In this document: positions 1 through 9,317 of the stretch, one piece after another | Numbering within the stretch: position 1 is the first letter of the stretch | How the letters are laid out: the number at the start of each line of letters is the position of its first letter | DNA from: an uncultured Gemmobacter sp. | Lineage (GTDB): Bacteria > Pseudomonadota > Alphaproteobacteria > Rhodobacterales > Rhodobacteraceae | Assembly: GCA_964472135.1 (NCBI GenBank) | Contig: CAYYJB010000001.1 | Location: 67,944-131,943 of the forward strand | Direction of reading: 5' to 3' | DNA length: 64,000 nt | Translations under genes and position numbers: made by a program | The notes under the pieces: model-generated | Seen by the model: only the letters and a program-made list of their open reading frames with translations | Told to the model about the DNA's origin: nothing | Database searches by the model: none

Positions 1-1
1 C

Positions 2-535
2 CTCAAGCCCGACAGTTGGCGGGTCGATCCGCGCCAGTCGCCGGCGGGCGGCATGGCGGGGCTCGGCATCCACATGATCGATGCGATGATCGACCTCGTG
101 GGCGAGATCGCCGAGGTGCAGGCCCTCAGCCATCACCGCGCGACGCCGTCCGGGGCGCAGGACACGACCGCGATCATGCTGCGCTTTGCCGGTGGGGCTT
201 CGGGCTATGTGAGTTGCATGACCGCGACCGCGCCCAGCTATCGCTTCTGCCTCTATGGTTCGGGCGGGGTCGCAGAGATCCGCACGCCTGGGCTCGACCA
301 GTTCTCGTTCGTGCCGACACCGGATGCGCCCCTTGGCGGGCATGCCACACCCAAGCCCCCCGAGACGAGCGAGATCCGCGGCTTCGACACGGTCGCGGCG
401 GAGCTTGCCGCATGGGCCAGCGCGATCGGCGGGGGGGCGGCGTTTCCGATCGGGCACCGCGCCATGATCCACGGCGCGGCCGTCTTCGAGGCCATCGCAC
501 AATCGGCCGCAACGGGGGCGCGCGTCAGCCTCTGA
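2..535 (+). CDS. Gfo/Idh/MocA-family oxidoreductase, C-terminal part (5' end outside window)
   Basis: Frame is open from the window edge to TGA 533-535. The C-terminal domain aligns by eye with the complete paralog at 7007-7999 (FEAIAQSAATGARVSL vs LEAIVRSAATGACVRI). Confidence 0.75.
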   Translation, partial: LKPDSWRVDPRQSPAGGMAGLGIHMIDAMIDLVGEIAEVQALSHHRATPSGAQDTTAIMLRFAGGASGYVSCMTATAPSYRFCLYGSGGVAEIRTPGLDQFSFVPTPDAPLGGHATPKPPETSEIRGFDTVAAELAAWASAIGGGAAFPIGHRAMIHGAAVFEAIAQSAATGARVSL

Positions 536-561
536 CGCGCAGGCCCCCTCGCACCCGTTCC

Positions 562-1428
562 CTAGCGCGCGGCCAGATACCAGTCGGCGATCTCCTCGCC
601 CGTCATCCAGGCCACGCCCTCGTGGCCGAGGATGTGGTCGATCGCGCGCTCGAGATAGCCGATCCGGTGGGGCACCCCGGACAGATAGGGGTGAAGGCTG
701 ATCGCCATCACGCGCGGCTGATCGGCCCCTTCGGCCCAGAGCCGGTCGAATTGGGCGATGCAGCGGTGCATGAAGGCATCCGACGGCAGGTGCTGGATCG
801 CGTGGACGACGATGTCGTTCGTCTCGAGCGTATAGGGCACCTGCAGGATCGGCCCGTGCCTGGTGATGAGTTCCGAGGGCAGATCGTCGATCGGCCAGTT
901 GCAGACATAGTCGAGACCGGCCGCCTTGAGGTGATCGAGCGTCGATTCGGTCTCGGTCACGCCCGGGCTTTCCCAGCCGCGCGGCGGGCGGCCGGTAAAG
1001 CGGCGGATCGTCTCGACGGTGGCATCGATGGCCGCGCGCTGGTCATCGAGGTGGTGCATCGGGCGCTGCACGAAGCCGTGGCCCATGAACTCCCACCCCG
1101 CGGCGAGGGCCGCCTCGGCGATGCGGGGGTAGGAGTTGATGATGTTGCCATTCAGCGCCATCGACGCCCGCAGCCCCCGCTGCGCCAGCGCGTCGCGGAT
1201 GCGCCAGAACCCCACGCGGTTGCCGTATTCGTGCCAGGCCCAGTTCGGCAGATCGGGATGGAGCACGTTGCCCATCGGCGCGGTCAGGGTCTGGCGCGGC
1301 ATGGGCCGCTCGATCGCCCATTCCTCGACGTTGACGATGAACCAGACCGCGACGCGCGCCCCGTCGGGCAGGCGCATCCGCGGACGGTCGGGAAAGGCCA
1401 CATAGGGCGCGCGGTCGGTCAAGCGCAT
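562..1428 (-). CDS. polysaccharide deacetylase-family hydrolase (PuuE-allantoinase-like)
   Basis: 288-aa ORF with NVEEW, WHEYGNRVGFWR and ISLHPY motifs typical of the PuuE-like deacetylase group. Only an 18-nt gap separates it from the upstream gene on the same strand. Confidence 0.8.
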   Translation of the reverse strand: MRLTDRAPYVAFPDRPRMRLPDGARVAVWFIVNVEEWAIERPMPRQTLTAPMGNVLHPDLPNWAWHEYGNRVGFWRIRDALAQRGLRASMALNGNIINSYPRIAEAALAAGWEFMGHGFVQRPMHHLDDQRAAIDATVETIRRFTGRPPRGWESPGVTETESTLDHLKAAGLDYVCNWPIDDLPSELITRHGPILQVPYTLETNDIVVHAIQHLPSDAFMHRCIAQFDRLWAEGADQPRVMAISLHPYLSGVPHRIGYLERAIDHILGHEGVAWMTGEEIADWYLAAR

Positions 1429-1446
1429 GGGGATCAGCCTCCGCGA

Positions 1447-2535
1447 TCAGTCGAGGCCGAGCAGCCGGCGCGCCGTGCCGCCCGCCACCGCTGCCGTGTC
1501 TGCCGCCGAGAGGCCCGCGCTGATGACATGCTCGACCGGGTCGTAGTCGCACATGTCATAGGGATAGTCGGTGCCCATCACGATCTGGCCCGCCCCGAAC
1601 ACCTCGACCAGATAGCGCAGCTGGTGGGGGGTGAAGACGACGTTGTCAAAGAAGATCTTGCGCAGATAATGCGTCGGCGGCTTGGGCAGACCCGCGTGGC
1701 TGTCGCGCCGCGCCCCCCATGCGTGATCGATCCGGCCCGAATAGGAGGGCAGATAACCCCCGCCGTGGACGGCCAGGATGCGCAGCTTCGGGAAGCGCTC
1801 GAGCGTGCCCGAGAAGATCAGGTGGTGGAGCGCGATCGTCGTCTCGAGCGGGTTGCCGATGACGTTCGAGAAGTAGAAGTCGTGGAACCGATCGCCATGG
1901 GTGAAGCCGTTCGGGTGGATCATCACGAGAGCGCGCAACTCTTCGGCGCGCTTCCAGAAGGGCTGGAACTGGGGCGCCGACAGCTCGGCCCCGTGCACGT
2001 TCGTCAGCACCTCGACGCCCTTGAAGCCGAGCGACATGCAATACTCAAGCTCGCGCACCGCCTCGGCCGCATCCTGCAGTGCGACGGTGCCGAGGGCTGC
2101 GAAACGGTCGGGGCGCTTGGCGACAAAGGCCGCGAGCCCGTCGTTGACCATGCGCGAGCCCTTCACGGCGATCTCGACCGGCAGCGAATAGTAGCACTGG
2201 AAGGGCGGTGGCGCGACGACCTGGAAGTCGATCCCCATCGCGTCGAGCACCTTGAGCCGGTCGTCCATGTCGACCATCGCCACCTTGCGGTCGGCGTCCT
2301 GCTGCATGTTGATCGCGCGCGTCTCGGCGTTCGAATGGCGCACCATCGCGATGTCGGTCATCACCAGATGGGGGGCCACGAAGGCCGCGGCCTCGGGCAC
2401 GGCGACATGGGCGTGGATGTCGACGGTCGGTGTCGAGAGGCGCCTCGCCTCGCCCGGTGCGGGGCGGGCCGCCGTCGGGCCGTAGCGGTTGACGGCATCG
2501 CCGAGGGCGGGGGTGTCGATCGTGCTGTGGGTCAT
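1447..2535 (-). CDS. amidohydrolase-2 family protein (ACMSD/LigW-type non-oxidative decarboxylase-like)
   Basis: 362 aa counted from ATG 2533-2535 (MTHSTIDT...). Metal-ligand motif VDIHAHV, plus HGGGYLP and GTDYPYD. The 418-aa maximal ORF has a Pro/Arg-rich non-homologous N-terminus and was trimmed. Confidence 0.85.
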   Translation of the reverse strand: MTHSTIDTPALGDAVNRYGPTAARPAPGEARRLSTPTVDIHAHVAVPEAAAFVAPHLVMTDIAMVRHSNAETRAINMQQDADRKVAMVDMDDRLKVLDAMGIDFQVVAPPPFQCYYSLPVEIAVKGSRMVNDGLAAFVAKRPDRFAALGTVALQDAAEAVRELEYCMSLGFKGVEVLTNVHGAELSAPQFQPFWKRAEELRALVMIHPNGFTHGDRFHDFYFSNVIGNPLETTIALHHLIFSGTLERFPKLRILAVHGGGYLPSYSGRIDHAWGARRDSHAGLPKPPTHYLRKIFFDNVVFTPHQLRYLVEVFGAGQIVMGTDYPYDMCDYDPVEHVISAGLSAADTAAVAGGTARRLLGLD

Positions 2536-2567
2536 GGCGCGGATCCTATCGGGGGTCTGAGTGTGAA

Positions 2568-2594
2568 CCGCCGCCCGGAAGGTCCGGGCGGCGG
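2568..2594 (-). terminator. intercistronic 12-bp GC stem-loop after the binding-protein gene (attenuator / mRNA-stabiliser candidate)
   Basis: CCGCCGCCCGGA-AGG-TCCGGGCGGCGG is a perfect 12-bp stem with a 3-nt loop. It lies between the SBP stop (2618) and the amidohydrolase start (2535). Only a TT follows on the minus strand, so it is not a classical intrinsic terminator. Confidence 0.45.
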
Positions 2595-2617
2595 CAATGG
2601 CGGACGGGGTCCGAACC

Positions 2618-3652
2618 TTACTTGTTGGCCGCGAGCCAGGCGGCGGCCTCGGCCTCGACCTCGGCGCGGTCCCAGTCGTTCGCGGCGGCGATGTAGGTGT
2701 CATTGAGGAAAGTCGCGACGTCGATCTCCTGCGGGATCGCTCCCGACGAGAGCAGGCGCGGTTGCAGCGCAGTCCAGACGCCGGTCTGCAGATCGCCGAG
2801 GCGCTCGGTCGTCGACAGGTTCATCCCGATCGACATGCTGAGATAGAGTTGACCCGACGCCTCATTCTCCCACTCTTCGGGCACGGCCTTGCGCAGCGCC
2901 TGGGCGACCATCTCGGGGTTCACCTTGGCGACATACATCCCCTTCGACCATGCCTTGAGGAAGCCCTGCACGGCGGCGCGCTTGTCCTCGATGGCGCTGG
3001 CGTTGATCGCGAAGGTGTTCGCGGGCGAGGGCAGCAGTTCGGCCGGGGTGATCAGGCGCACCTCGATCCCGTTGGCATTCAGCGCGATCCAGTCCGGTGC
3101 CGCGCCCGAGATGGCCGAGACGGTGCCATCGCGCAGCGCCGCCGCAAGCGTCGGGCCGTTCTCGCCCAGAACGACGGTCTGGACCTGGTCGATGTTGGCG
3201 CCGACGGTGTCGAGTGCCGCCTGAAGGAAGGCGCGGTCGCGATCCGACACGAGGCCCACGGTCGTGCCCACGAGGTCATCGACCGAGTCGATCTGGCCCG
3301 AGGCCAGCACGCCGATGCCCTCGGGGGCGTTCTGCATCACCTCGTAGACCGTGTTGATGCCCGCGCCCGCGACGACGGCGTTGATCGTCTCGACCGGGTC
3401 GAGCATCGCGAGATCGGCCTGGCCGTTCTGCACGAACGCAACATAGGGGATCGAGGTGTCGGACGGCAGCAGGTTCACCTCAACGCCTTCCTCGGCGAAG
3501 TAGCCGAGCGCCTCGCCGACGACGAGCGGAAAGAAGTTCGTCGAGCGCGGCAGCGGGTTGATCATGTTCACGGTGGTCAGGTTCTGCGCGACAACCGGCG
3601 CCGCCGCCGTGGCGAGCGCCGTTCCGAGCAGGATCGTCTTGAAGAGCGTCAT
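2618..3652 (-). CDS. ABC transporter substrate-binding protein (NMT1/THI5-like, NitT/TauT family)
   Basis: 344 aa from ATG 3650-3652. Sec signal MTLFKTILLGTALATAAAPVVAQ. Periplasmic-binding-protein-like sequence adjacent to the permease and ATPase genes. Confidence 0.85.
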   Translation of the reverse strand: MTLFKTILLGTALATAAAPVVAQNLTTVNMINPLPRSTNFFPLVVGEALGYFAEEGVEVNLLPSDTSIPYVAFVQNGQADLAMLDPVETINAVVAGAGINTVYEVMQNAPEGIGVLASGQIDSVDDLVGTTVGLVSDRDRAFLQAALDTVGANIDQVQTVVLGENGPTLAAALRDGTVSAISGAAPDWIALNANGIEVRLITPAELLPSPANTFAINASAIEDKRAAVQGFLKAWSKGMYVAKVNPEMVAQALRKAVPEEWENEASGQLYLSMSIGMNLSTTERLGDLQTGVWTALQPRLLSSGAIPQEIDVATFLNDTYIAAANDWDRAEVEAEAAAWLAANK

Positions 3653-3687
3653 TCTTTCAGTCCTCCCATCAGGTTGCAGTTTGTCGT

Positions 3688-4542
3688 TCAACGCCCGAGT
3701 CGCGTCTGCCACGCCCTCGCGCGGGCACGCGAGATGGCCGTCATGCGGGCATCCCGACGCCAGAACACCACCCGGTCGTCGAGAAACTCCATCGCGTAAA
3801 AGAGCAGGAGCCCGATCATCGTCATGCTCAGGAGCGAGGCGATCGAATTCGCCATGTCGAGCTTGAACGAGAAGCGGTTCATCAACACGCCGACCCCGGC
3901 CGTCGCCTGCGCGAACTCTGCCACCACCGCCCCGATCAGGGCCGTGGTCAGGCCGATCTTCATCCCCGCGAACATCATCGGCAGTGCCGCGGGCACGCGC
4001 AGCTTGACGAACACATCGCTGGGCGTCGCCCCGAGCGAGCGGAACAGCTCCTCCCTGTCGGCATCGCGCTGCGAGAGGCCGGTCAGCGTGTTCACGAAGA
4101 TCGGAAAGAACGAGATGATCGCCGCGAGCGCGATCTTCGAGCCCATCCCGAACCCGAACCACGCGATGATGACGGGCGTGAGCGCGATCCCCGGCGTCAC
4201 GTTCAGCACGACCGCATAGGGCGCGACATAGCGGCGAAACGGGTCCGACAGCGCCGAAGCGACAGCTAGCGAGATGGCGATGCCGGCACCCGCGGCGAAG
4301 CCCACCACCGCCTCGGTCAGCGTGATGCGGAAATGCGGCCAGATCGTGCCCTGCAGGACATAAAGATCGACCATCGCGCCGATTACGGCCGACGGCCGCG
4401 GCACCATGATCGAGGTGATCGCCCCGCTGACAACCGCATATTCCCAGAGCGCGAGCAGGAAAGCGAGAAGGGCCAGATGCGGCGCCATCCGCACGACCAG
4501 CGCGCCCGAGCGGACCGCCTGAGCGGGCACCCCGTCAGACAT
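3688..4542 (-). CDS. ABC transporter permease (NitT/TauT family)
   Basis: Multi-TM protein with EAA-type loop SLGATPSDVFVKLRVPAALP. ATG 4540-4542 overlaps the stop of the upstream permease by 8 nt. Confidence 0.85.
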   Translation of the reverse strand: MSDGVPAQAVRSGALVVRMAPHLALLAFLLALWEYAVVSGAITSIMVPRPSAVIGAMVDLYVLQGTIWPHFRITLTEAVVGFAAGAGIAISLAVASALSDPFRRYVAPYAVVLNVTPGIALTPVIIAWFGFGMGSKIALAAIISFFPIFVNTLTGLSQRDADREELFRSLGATPSDVFVKLRVPAALPMMFAGMKIGLTTALIGAVVAEFAQATAGVGVLMNRFSFKLDMANSIASLLSMTMIGLLLFYAMEFLDDRVVFWRRDARMTAISRARARAWQTRLGR

Positions 4543-5383
4543 GCTGCCCCCCCGCAAGCGCGGCATGGGCCGCCGCGCGCGCCCTGCTCACGCGGCGCAG
4601 CCCGTCCTCGTTGGTCCAGAAGGCGACATGGCGGTCGAGCATCTCCATCCCCTTGAAGATCGCGAAACCGATTGCCGTCAGCGTGAAGATGCAGGCGAAG
4701 GCCGACGGCATGTTGAGGTTGCGCGTATAGGTCAGGATCAACGCCCCGATCCCCTGGTCGCGCTGGATGAATTCAGCCACCAGCACCCCCGACAGCGCCG
4801 CCGTCAGGGCCAGACGCTCACCCGCCATGATGACGGGCACCGCCTCGGGCATGACGAGCTTGCGCAGGATCTGCCACTTCGACGCCCCGAGCGAGCGGAA
4901 CAGTTGCAGCCGTTCCTCGTTCACGTTCACGACGCCCGAGAGCGTGTTGATGAAGGGCGCAAAGAAGCACACGAGCATGATGATCGCGATCTTCGATTGC
5001 GCCCCGAAACCCACCGCCGCGATGATGAGGGGGGCGACCGCGATGCGCGGCGTGGCCTCCATCACGATCACATAGGGTTGCAGGAACCGCCGGACCAGCG
5101 CGTTCAGCCCCACGATCGCGCCAAGTCCGACGCCGAGGATCGAGCCGATGGCGAAGCCCGCGAACACGAGCCCGAGCGAAACGCCCAGATGCGGCCAGAT
5201 GTTCATCTGCACGACATAGATGCGCCAGAAAGAAGCAAGGATCGCCGACGGGGCAGGGAAGAACAGCGGATCGAGCCAGCCCGCCCGAGCGCCGATTTCC
5301 CAGCCGACGATCAGGCACAGGAAGATCGCCCCGTGGGTCGCGGCACGCCGGACCGCCAGCGTGCGATCCGCATCGGTCGGCAT
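4535..5383 (-). CDS. ABC transporter permease (NitT/TauT family), second copy
   Basis: 282 aa, multi-TM, EAA-type loop SLGASKWQILRKLVMPEAVP. Its start overlaps the ATPase stop by 1 nt (TGATG). Confidence 0.88.
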   Translation of the reverse strand: MPTDADRTLAVRRAATHGAIFLCLIVGWEIGARAGWLDPLFFPAPSAILASFWRIYVVQMNIWPHLGVSLGLVFAGFAIGSILGVGLGAIVGLNALVRRFLQPYVIVMEATPRIAVAPLIIAAVGFGAQSKIAIIMLVCFFAPFINTLSGVVNVNEERLQLFRSLGASKWQILRKLVMPEAVPVIMAGERLALTAALSGVLVAEFIQRDQGIGALILTYTRNLNMPSAFACIFTLTAIGFAIFKGMEMLDRHVAFWTNEDGLRRVSRARAAAHAALAGGQHV

Positions 5384-6174
5384 CAGTGCTCACCCAGGGT
5401 GGAGCGGACCTCTTCGACGATCCGGTTGAACTCGGCCGATGTCTGAAGAGACAGGGCGCGCGGACGCTCGAACGGCACCTCGATGATGGCCGAGATCCGC
5501 CCGGGTCGCGGCGACATCACCACCACCTGATCGGCAAGGAAGATCGCCTCAAGGATGTTGTGCGTGACGAATACGGTCGTGGCGCGCACCTCCGCGACGA
5601 TCCGCATGAGTTCGACGTTGAGCCGCTCGCGCGTGAATTCGTCGAGCGCACCGAAGGGTTCATCGAGCAGCAGCACATCCGCGCCTGTCTGCAAGAGCCG
5701 CGCGAGCGCCACGCGCTGCTGCATCCCGCCCGAGAGTTGCGAGGGGAAGGAGAAGGCGAAATCGCCCAAGCCAACCATCTTGAGCAGGTCGAAAGCCCGG
5801 CGGCGATCCTCGGCCGTGGGCGTGCGGGTGATCTCGGTCGGCAAAAGCACGTTCTCGAGCGCGGTGCGCCAGTCGAGCAGCGTCGCCTTCTGGAACATCA
5901 GGCCCACGTCCGTGTGCGGACCCGTCACGGGCCGGCCATGCACGCTGAGGCTGCCCGAGGTGCGCTCGATCAGGCCCGCGATCAGGCGCAGCAGCGTCGA
6001 TTTCCCACAGCCCGAGGGGCCGACAAGCGAGACGAAGGAACCTTGCGCGACATCGAAGCTCGCGCCCTGCAACGCCACGACCGCCCCGCCGCCGAAGGTC
6101 TTGCCGACATCCCGCGCGCTGATGATGGGCACCGCTGCGCTGTCGGTCCGCGGCGTCTCGGCCTTGCTGTTCAT
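5383..6174 (-). CDS. ABC transporter ATP-binding protein
   Basis: Walker A GPSGCGKST, signature LSGGMQQR, Walker B LLLDEP. 263 aa. Confidence 0.93.
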   Translation of the reverse strand: MNSKAETPRTDSAAVPIISARDVGKTFGGGAVVALQGASFDVAQGSFVSLVGPSGCGKSTLLRLIAGLIERTSGSLSVHGRPVTGPHTDVGLMFQKATLLDWRTALENVLLPTEITRTPTAEDRRRAFDLLKMVGLGDFAFSFPSQLSGGMQQRVALARLLQTGADVLLLDEPFGALDEFTRERLNVELMRIVAEVRATTVFVTHNILEAIFLADQVVVMSPRPGRISAIIEVPFERPRALSLQTSAEFNRIVEEVRSTLGEH

Positions 6175-6224
6175 ATTGGCCTCCCCCCAGGCTGGCAGGG
6201 CGATGCTGAAGCAGCCCCGCGGCC

Positions 6225-6236
6225 GGTGATATTTCA
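6225..6236 (-). promoter_or_regulatory. candidate GntR operator half/variant upstream of the ABC importer operon
   Basis: GGTGATATTTCA is identical to 12 nt of the palindrome at 6937-6952. It lies 51-62 nt upstream of the ATPase start codon, in the only AT-rich stretch of that intergenic region. Confidence 0.45.
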
Positions 6237-6281
6237 GTCTCGATGTTTAACGCCGATTCGAGGAATATCAAGCGCGAGTTA

Positions 6282-6923
6282 TCACCCGATAATCGGGCGT
6301 TGCCCGAGCCCGCGCATCAGCGAGTTTCGCGACCGCCCCACATGCTTTTCCAGCCGGCGCGCCGCCGCAGTGGCATCGCGGCGCTGCAGCGCTTCGATGA
6401 TCGCGACGTGGTCGGCGAGCGGTTCATCGAAGCTGCCGCCGCGCTTGTTGGCCAGCGAGACCATGCACAGGCGATCATACATCTCCATCAGCCGCCGCAT
6501 TTCCTCGGCCAGCCGCTGGTTGCCCGACATGCGCCCGAGGGTAGAGTGGAAGTCCCTGTTGTAGATGGCAAAAGCTTCGATCGACGATGTGTCGGGCGCG
6601 CGGAAGCGATCGAGCGATGCCAGTTCGGCCGCCGATGCCGTGCGGGCGATCTTGCGGACGGCAGAGGTTTCGAGGATGACGCGCAACTCAAGGATGTCCT
6701 CGGCGTCGCCGACAGAAACGGGGCGGACGCGATGGCCCCGGCGTGGTTCGATCTCGATCAGCCCCTCGGCCTCGAGCTTGCGCATGGCATCGCGCACGGG
6801 CGATTTCGAGACGCCATATCGCTGCGCCAGCTCTGCCTCGCGCAGTTCCTCGCCGGGCATGAGGCGACAGGCGAGGATGTCGCCCCGGACCATCTCGAAG
6901 ACGATGTTGCGCGCCAGATTCAT
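6282..6923 (-). CDS. GntR-family transcriptional regulator (FadR/FCD-type C-terminal domain)
   Basis: 213 aa from ATG 6921-6923 (MNLARNIVFEM...). wHTH ELAQRYGVSKSPVRDAMRKLEAEGLIEI. The maximal ORF starts at TTG 6953 and GTG 6950 is also possible. Confidence 0.88.
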   Translation of the reverse strand: MNLARNIVFEMVRGDILACRLMPGEELREAELAQRYGVSKSPVRDAMRKLEAEGLIEIEPRRGHRVRPVSVGDAEDILELRVILETSAVRKIARTASAAELASLDRFRAPDTSSIEAFAIYNRDFHSTLGRMSGNQRLAEEMRRLMEMYDRLCMVSLANKRGGSFDEPLADHVAIIEALQRRDATAAARRLEKHVGRSRNSLMRGLGQRPIIG

Positions 6924-6936
6924 CAATGGACCAAGC

Positions 6937-6981
6937 TGGTGATATTTCACCAAAAGCTATTCATTCGCGGAGCCGCGTCAA
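6937..6981 (-). promoter_or_regulatory. promoter-like TTGACG-N16-TAGCTT followed by the perfect palindrome TGGTGATATTTCACCA (candidate autoregulatory GntR operator)
   Basis: On the minus strand: -35-like element at 6981-6976, -10-like element at 6959-6954, 16-bp palindrome at 6952-6937, then ATG at 6923. Confidence 0.5.
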
Positions 6982-7006
6982 GTCCCCGGCCTGCGCGGCC
7001 GGCGCG

Positions 7007-7999
7007 TCAGATGCGCACGCACGCCCCCGTCGCGGCCGAGCGCACGATCGCCTCGAGCACGGCGATGTTGCCGATCTTCTGGGCGTCGGTGAAGGGATAG
7101 CTGCCCCGCCCGGTCGCGGCGCGCGCGAAGAGGTCGAGGTTGGCGCGCACCGAATCGGTCCATTCGTGGCGGTGCACCTCTGGCGGGGCGCCCGTCCGCT
7201 GGATCGTGAGCGTCGCGGGCCCGGGCGTGTCGGGGTGGGTCTCGTTGCGGTATTCGACCCAGGCGGTCGTCCCGAAGATCGCCAGACGGAGATAGAGCGG
7301 CGTGTAGAGCACGGCATTGAGATAGGCCGTCGGCCCCGAGGCGAAGCGGATCAGCGCCGAGACGACATCGCCGTTCTCGCCGGGCAGGACGCGGGCGGCC
7401 GTCTGGGCCTGCACCTCGGTCGCCTCGCCAAAAAGGTTCACGAAGGCGTCCGACAGATGGATCCCCATCGCCGTCATGCCGGCCGCCGGGCTTTCGTCGG
7501 CGCGCCGGCGCCAGTCCGTCGGCGGCACGTTGATGAGCTTGTCGTGGCTGAAGTTCGCCTCGGCGTGCATGATCGTGCCAAGCTCGCCCGCGCGCACCAT
7601 CCGCTCGATCTCGAGCATGGCCGTCTCGAAGCGCCGCTCGTGGCCGATGCCGAGCTGGACCCCGTGCGCGGCGCAGATCGCGACCGACGCGCGCGCCTCG
7701 GCTGCGTTGAGCGCGAGGGGCTTTTCGCAAAAAACGTGCTTTCCCGCCCGCGCCGCCGCCGCGACCTGCGGCGTGTGGAGCGAATTGGGGGTGCAGAGGA
7801 TCACGGCATCGATCGCCGGATCGGCCAGCACGGCCTCATAGCTGTCGCCCACGGGAATGCCGTGGCGCGCGCTGTAGTCGGCGTGGTTCTGCGGCCAGAG
7901 ATCGACCGCGCGGGTGATCCGCATCTCTTCCGAAGCGCGCATCCGATCCGTGATCGTGCGCCCCCACCAGCCCAAACCGACGATTGCTGCCCTGAGCAT
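7007..7999 (-). CDS. Gfo/Idh/MocA-family NAD(P)-dependent oxidoreductase
   Basis: 330 aa. N-terminal Rossmann MLRAAIVGLGWWGR, and motif FCEKPLAL typical of the family. Confidence 0.9.
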   Translation of the reverse strand: MLRAAIVGLGWWGRTITDRMRASEEMRITRAVDLWPQNHADYSARHGIPVGDSYEAVLADPAIDAVILCTPNSLHTPQVAAAARAGKHVFCEKPLALNAAEARASVAICAAHGVQLGIGHERRFETAMLEIERMVRAGELGTIMHAEANFSHDKLINVPPTDWRRRADESPAAGMTAMGIHLSDAFVNLFGEATEVQAQTAARVLPGENGDVVSALIRFASGPTAYLNAVLYTPLYLRLAIFGTTAWVEYRNETHPDTPGPATLTIQRTGAPPEVHRHEWTDSVRANLDLFARAATGRGSYPFTDAQKIGNIAVLEAIVRSAATGACVRI

Positions 8000-8008
8000 T
8001 CCGCCCCC

Positions 8009-8440
8009 TCATGCCTTTCCGTTGTCGGCGGCAAGGCCCGAAGCGGCCACGCCATCCATGATGCAAAGCTCGTCCATGTCGCCGGTGTCGCCACTCACGC
8101 CCACCGCGCCGACGATCCGGCCCGCCGCGTCGCGCAGCAGCACGCCGCCGGGGTTGGGTACGAAGCGTCCGCCCGACGCCGCGGCGACGGCGGCGAAGAA
8201 GGTCGGATTGCCCGGCGCGCGCTCAAACAGCGTGCGCGAGGCAAGCCCCATCCCGAGCGCGCCATAGGCCTTGCCGAAGGCGATCTCGACCCGCAGGATG
8301 CCCGCGCCGTCGGCGCGCTTGATCACGACGGCATGCCCCCCCGCATCGAGGACGGCCACGCAGAGCGGATCCGCCCCCCGCGCGCGCCCTGCCGCAAGGG
8401 TCGCATCCGCGATCAGGTCCGCGACCTCAAGCGTCAGCAT
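8009..8440 (-). CDS. GlcG/HbpS-like (DUF336) haem-binding-fold protein
   Basis: 143 aa from ATG 8438-8440 (MLTLEVADL...). Contains the GAVGVSGDTGDMDE motif. Its start lies inside the last 14 nt of the upstream gene. Confidence 0.75.
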   Translation of the reverse strand: MLTLEVADLIADATLAAGRARGADPLCVAVLDAGGHAVVIKRADGAGILRVEIAFGKAYGALGMGLASRTLFERAPGNPTFFAAVAAASGGRFVPNPGGVLLRDAAGRIVGAVGVSGDTGDMDELCIMDGVAASGLAADNGKA

Positions 8441-9317
8441 CGGTCGCCCCGGCAAGGCGGCGCAGCACGGCAAAGAGGGCGGCGGTGTCTTCCTTGTCGC
8501 GCCCCTGCGCCAGCGCCGCGCTGTAATAGGGAACCGAGGCAGCCATCAGCGGCACCGGCGTGCGCATCGCCGCCGCGTGATCCAGGATGACATCGAGATC
8601 CTTCTGGTAGACATCCATCTTCATCGTCGCCGGTGTGTAGCTGCCCGCCACCATCAGGGGACCGCGCACCTCGAGCATCCGGCTCGACCCCGCCCCGGCC
8701 GTCAGCGCATCGAGCGTCGCCGCCAGATCGAGGCCGGACCGTTCGGCCAGCAGCAGCGCCTCGGCGGCGGCGAGGTTGTGGATCGTGACCAGCAGGTTCG
8801 CCACGATCTTGAGCTTCATGCCATGACCAAAGGGGCCGATGTGGCGCACGTCGCGGGCAAGCCCCGCGAACACGGGCCGCAGCCGCTCCGTCGCCGCTTC
8901 GGGGCCCGACATGAACACGACGAGATCGCCGCGCGCCGCCTGCGCGCCCGTGCCCGAGACCGGGCAATCGGTAAGGATCGCGCCCGTGGGGGCGATGCGA
9001 AGGCGCGCGGCCTCCTTCTCGGCGATGGGCAGCGTGCCCATCTCGGCCAGGATCTGGCCGGGCCGCAGCGCGGGCACCATCGCCTCGGTCACGGCATGGA
9101 GCGCGGCGGCCGAGGGCAGGGCCAGCAGGACGACATCGCAGGCCCCTGCAACCGCCGCGGCGTCGGGCAAGGCGCTGCCGCCTGCCTCGGCGAGCGCCGC
9201 CATCGCCGGTGCCGACGGATCGGTGCCCGCCACATCGAAGCCCGCCTTGCGCAGGTTGCGCGCATAGGCCAGCCCCATGATGCCGAGCCCCACGATGCCG
9301 ACGGTCGGGCCGCTCAT
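8427..9317 (-). CDS. NAD(P)-dependent 3-hydroxyisobutyrate/6-phosphogluconate dehydrogenase-like oxidoreductase
   Basis: 296 aa from ATG 9315-9317. Rossmann motif VGIVGLGIMGLAYARNL. ATGA overlap with the upstream hydrolase stop. Confidence 0.88.
   Translation of the reverse strand: MSGPTVGIVGLGIMGLAYARNLRKAGFDVAGTDPSAPAMAALAEAGGSALPDAAAVAGACDVVLLALPSAAALHAVTEAMVPALRPGQILAEMGTLPIAEKEAARLRIAPTGAILTDCPVSGTGAQAARGDLVVFMSGPEAATERLRPVFAGLARDVRHIGPFGHGMKLKIVANLLVTIHNLAAAEALLLAERSGLDLAATLDALTAGAGSSRMLEVRGPLMVAGSYTPATMKMDVYQKDLDVILDHAAAMRTPVPLMAASVPYYSAALAQGRDKEDTAALFAVLRRLAGATDADA

Noticed and set aside
16-2706. 896-aa plus-strand ORF, and similar very long ORFs such as 8271-9497, 16478-18643, 29262-30953, 42120-44138, 44554-46056, 48649-50187, 50127-51311 and 51518-52984
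   Set aside because: These are shadow ORFs typical of ~70% GC DNA. Their translations are Arg/Pro/Gly/Ala-rich low-complexity strings with no recognisable motifs. Each lies antisense to, or out of frame with, a gene that has clear family signatures.
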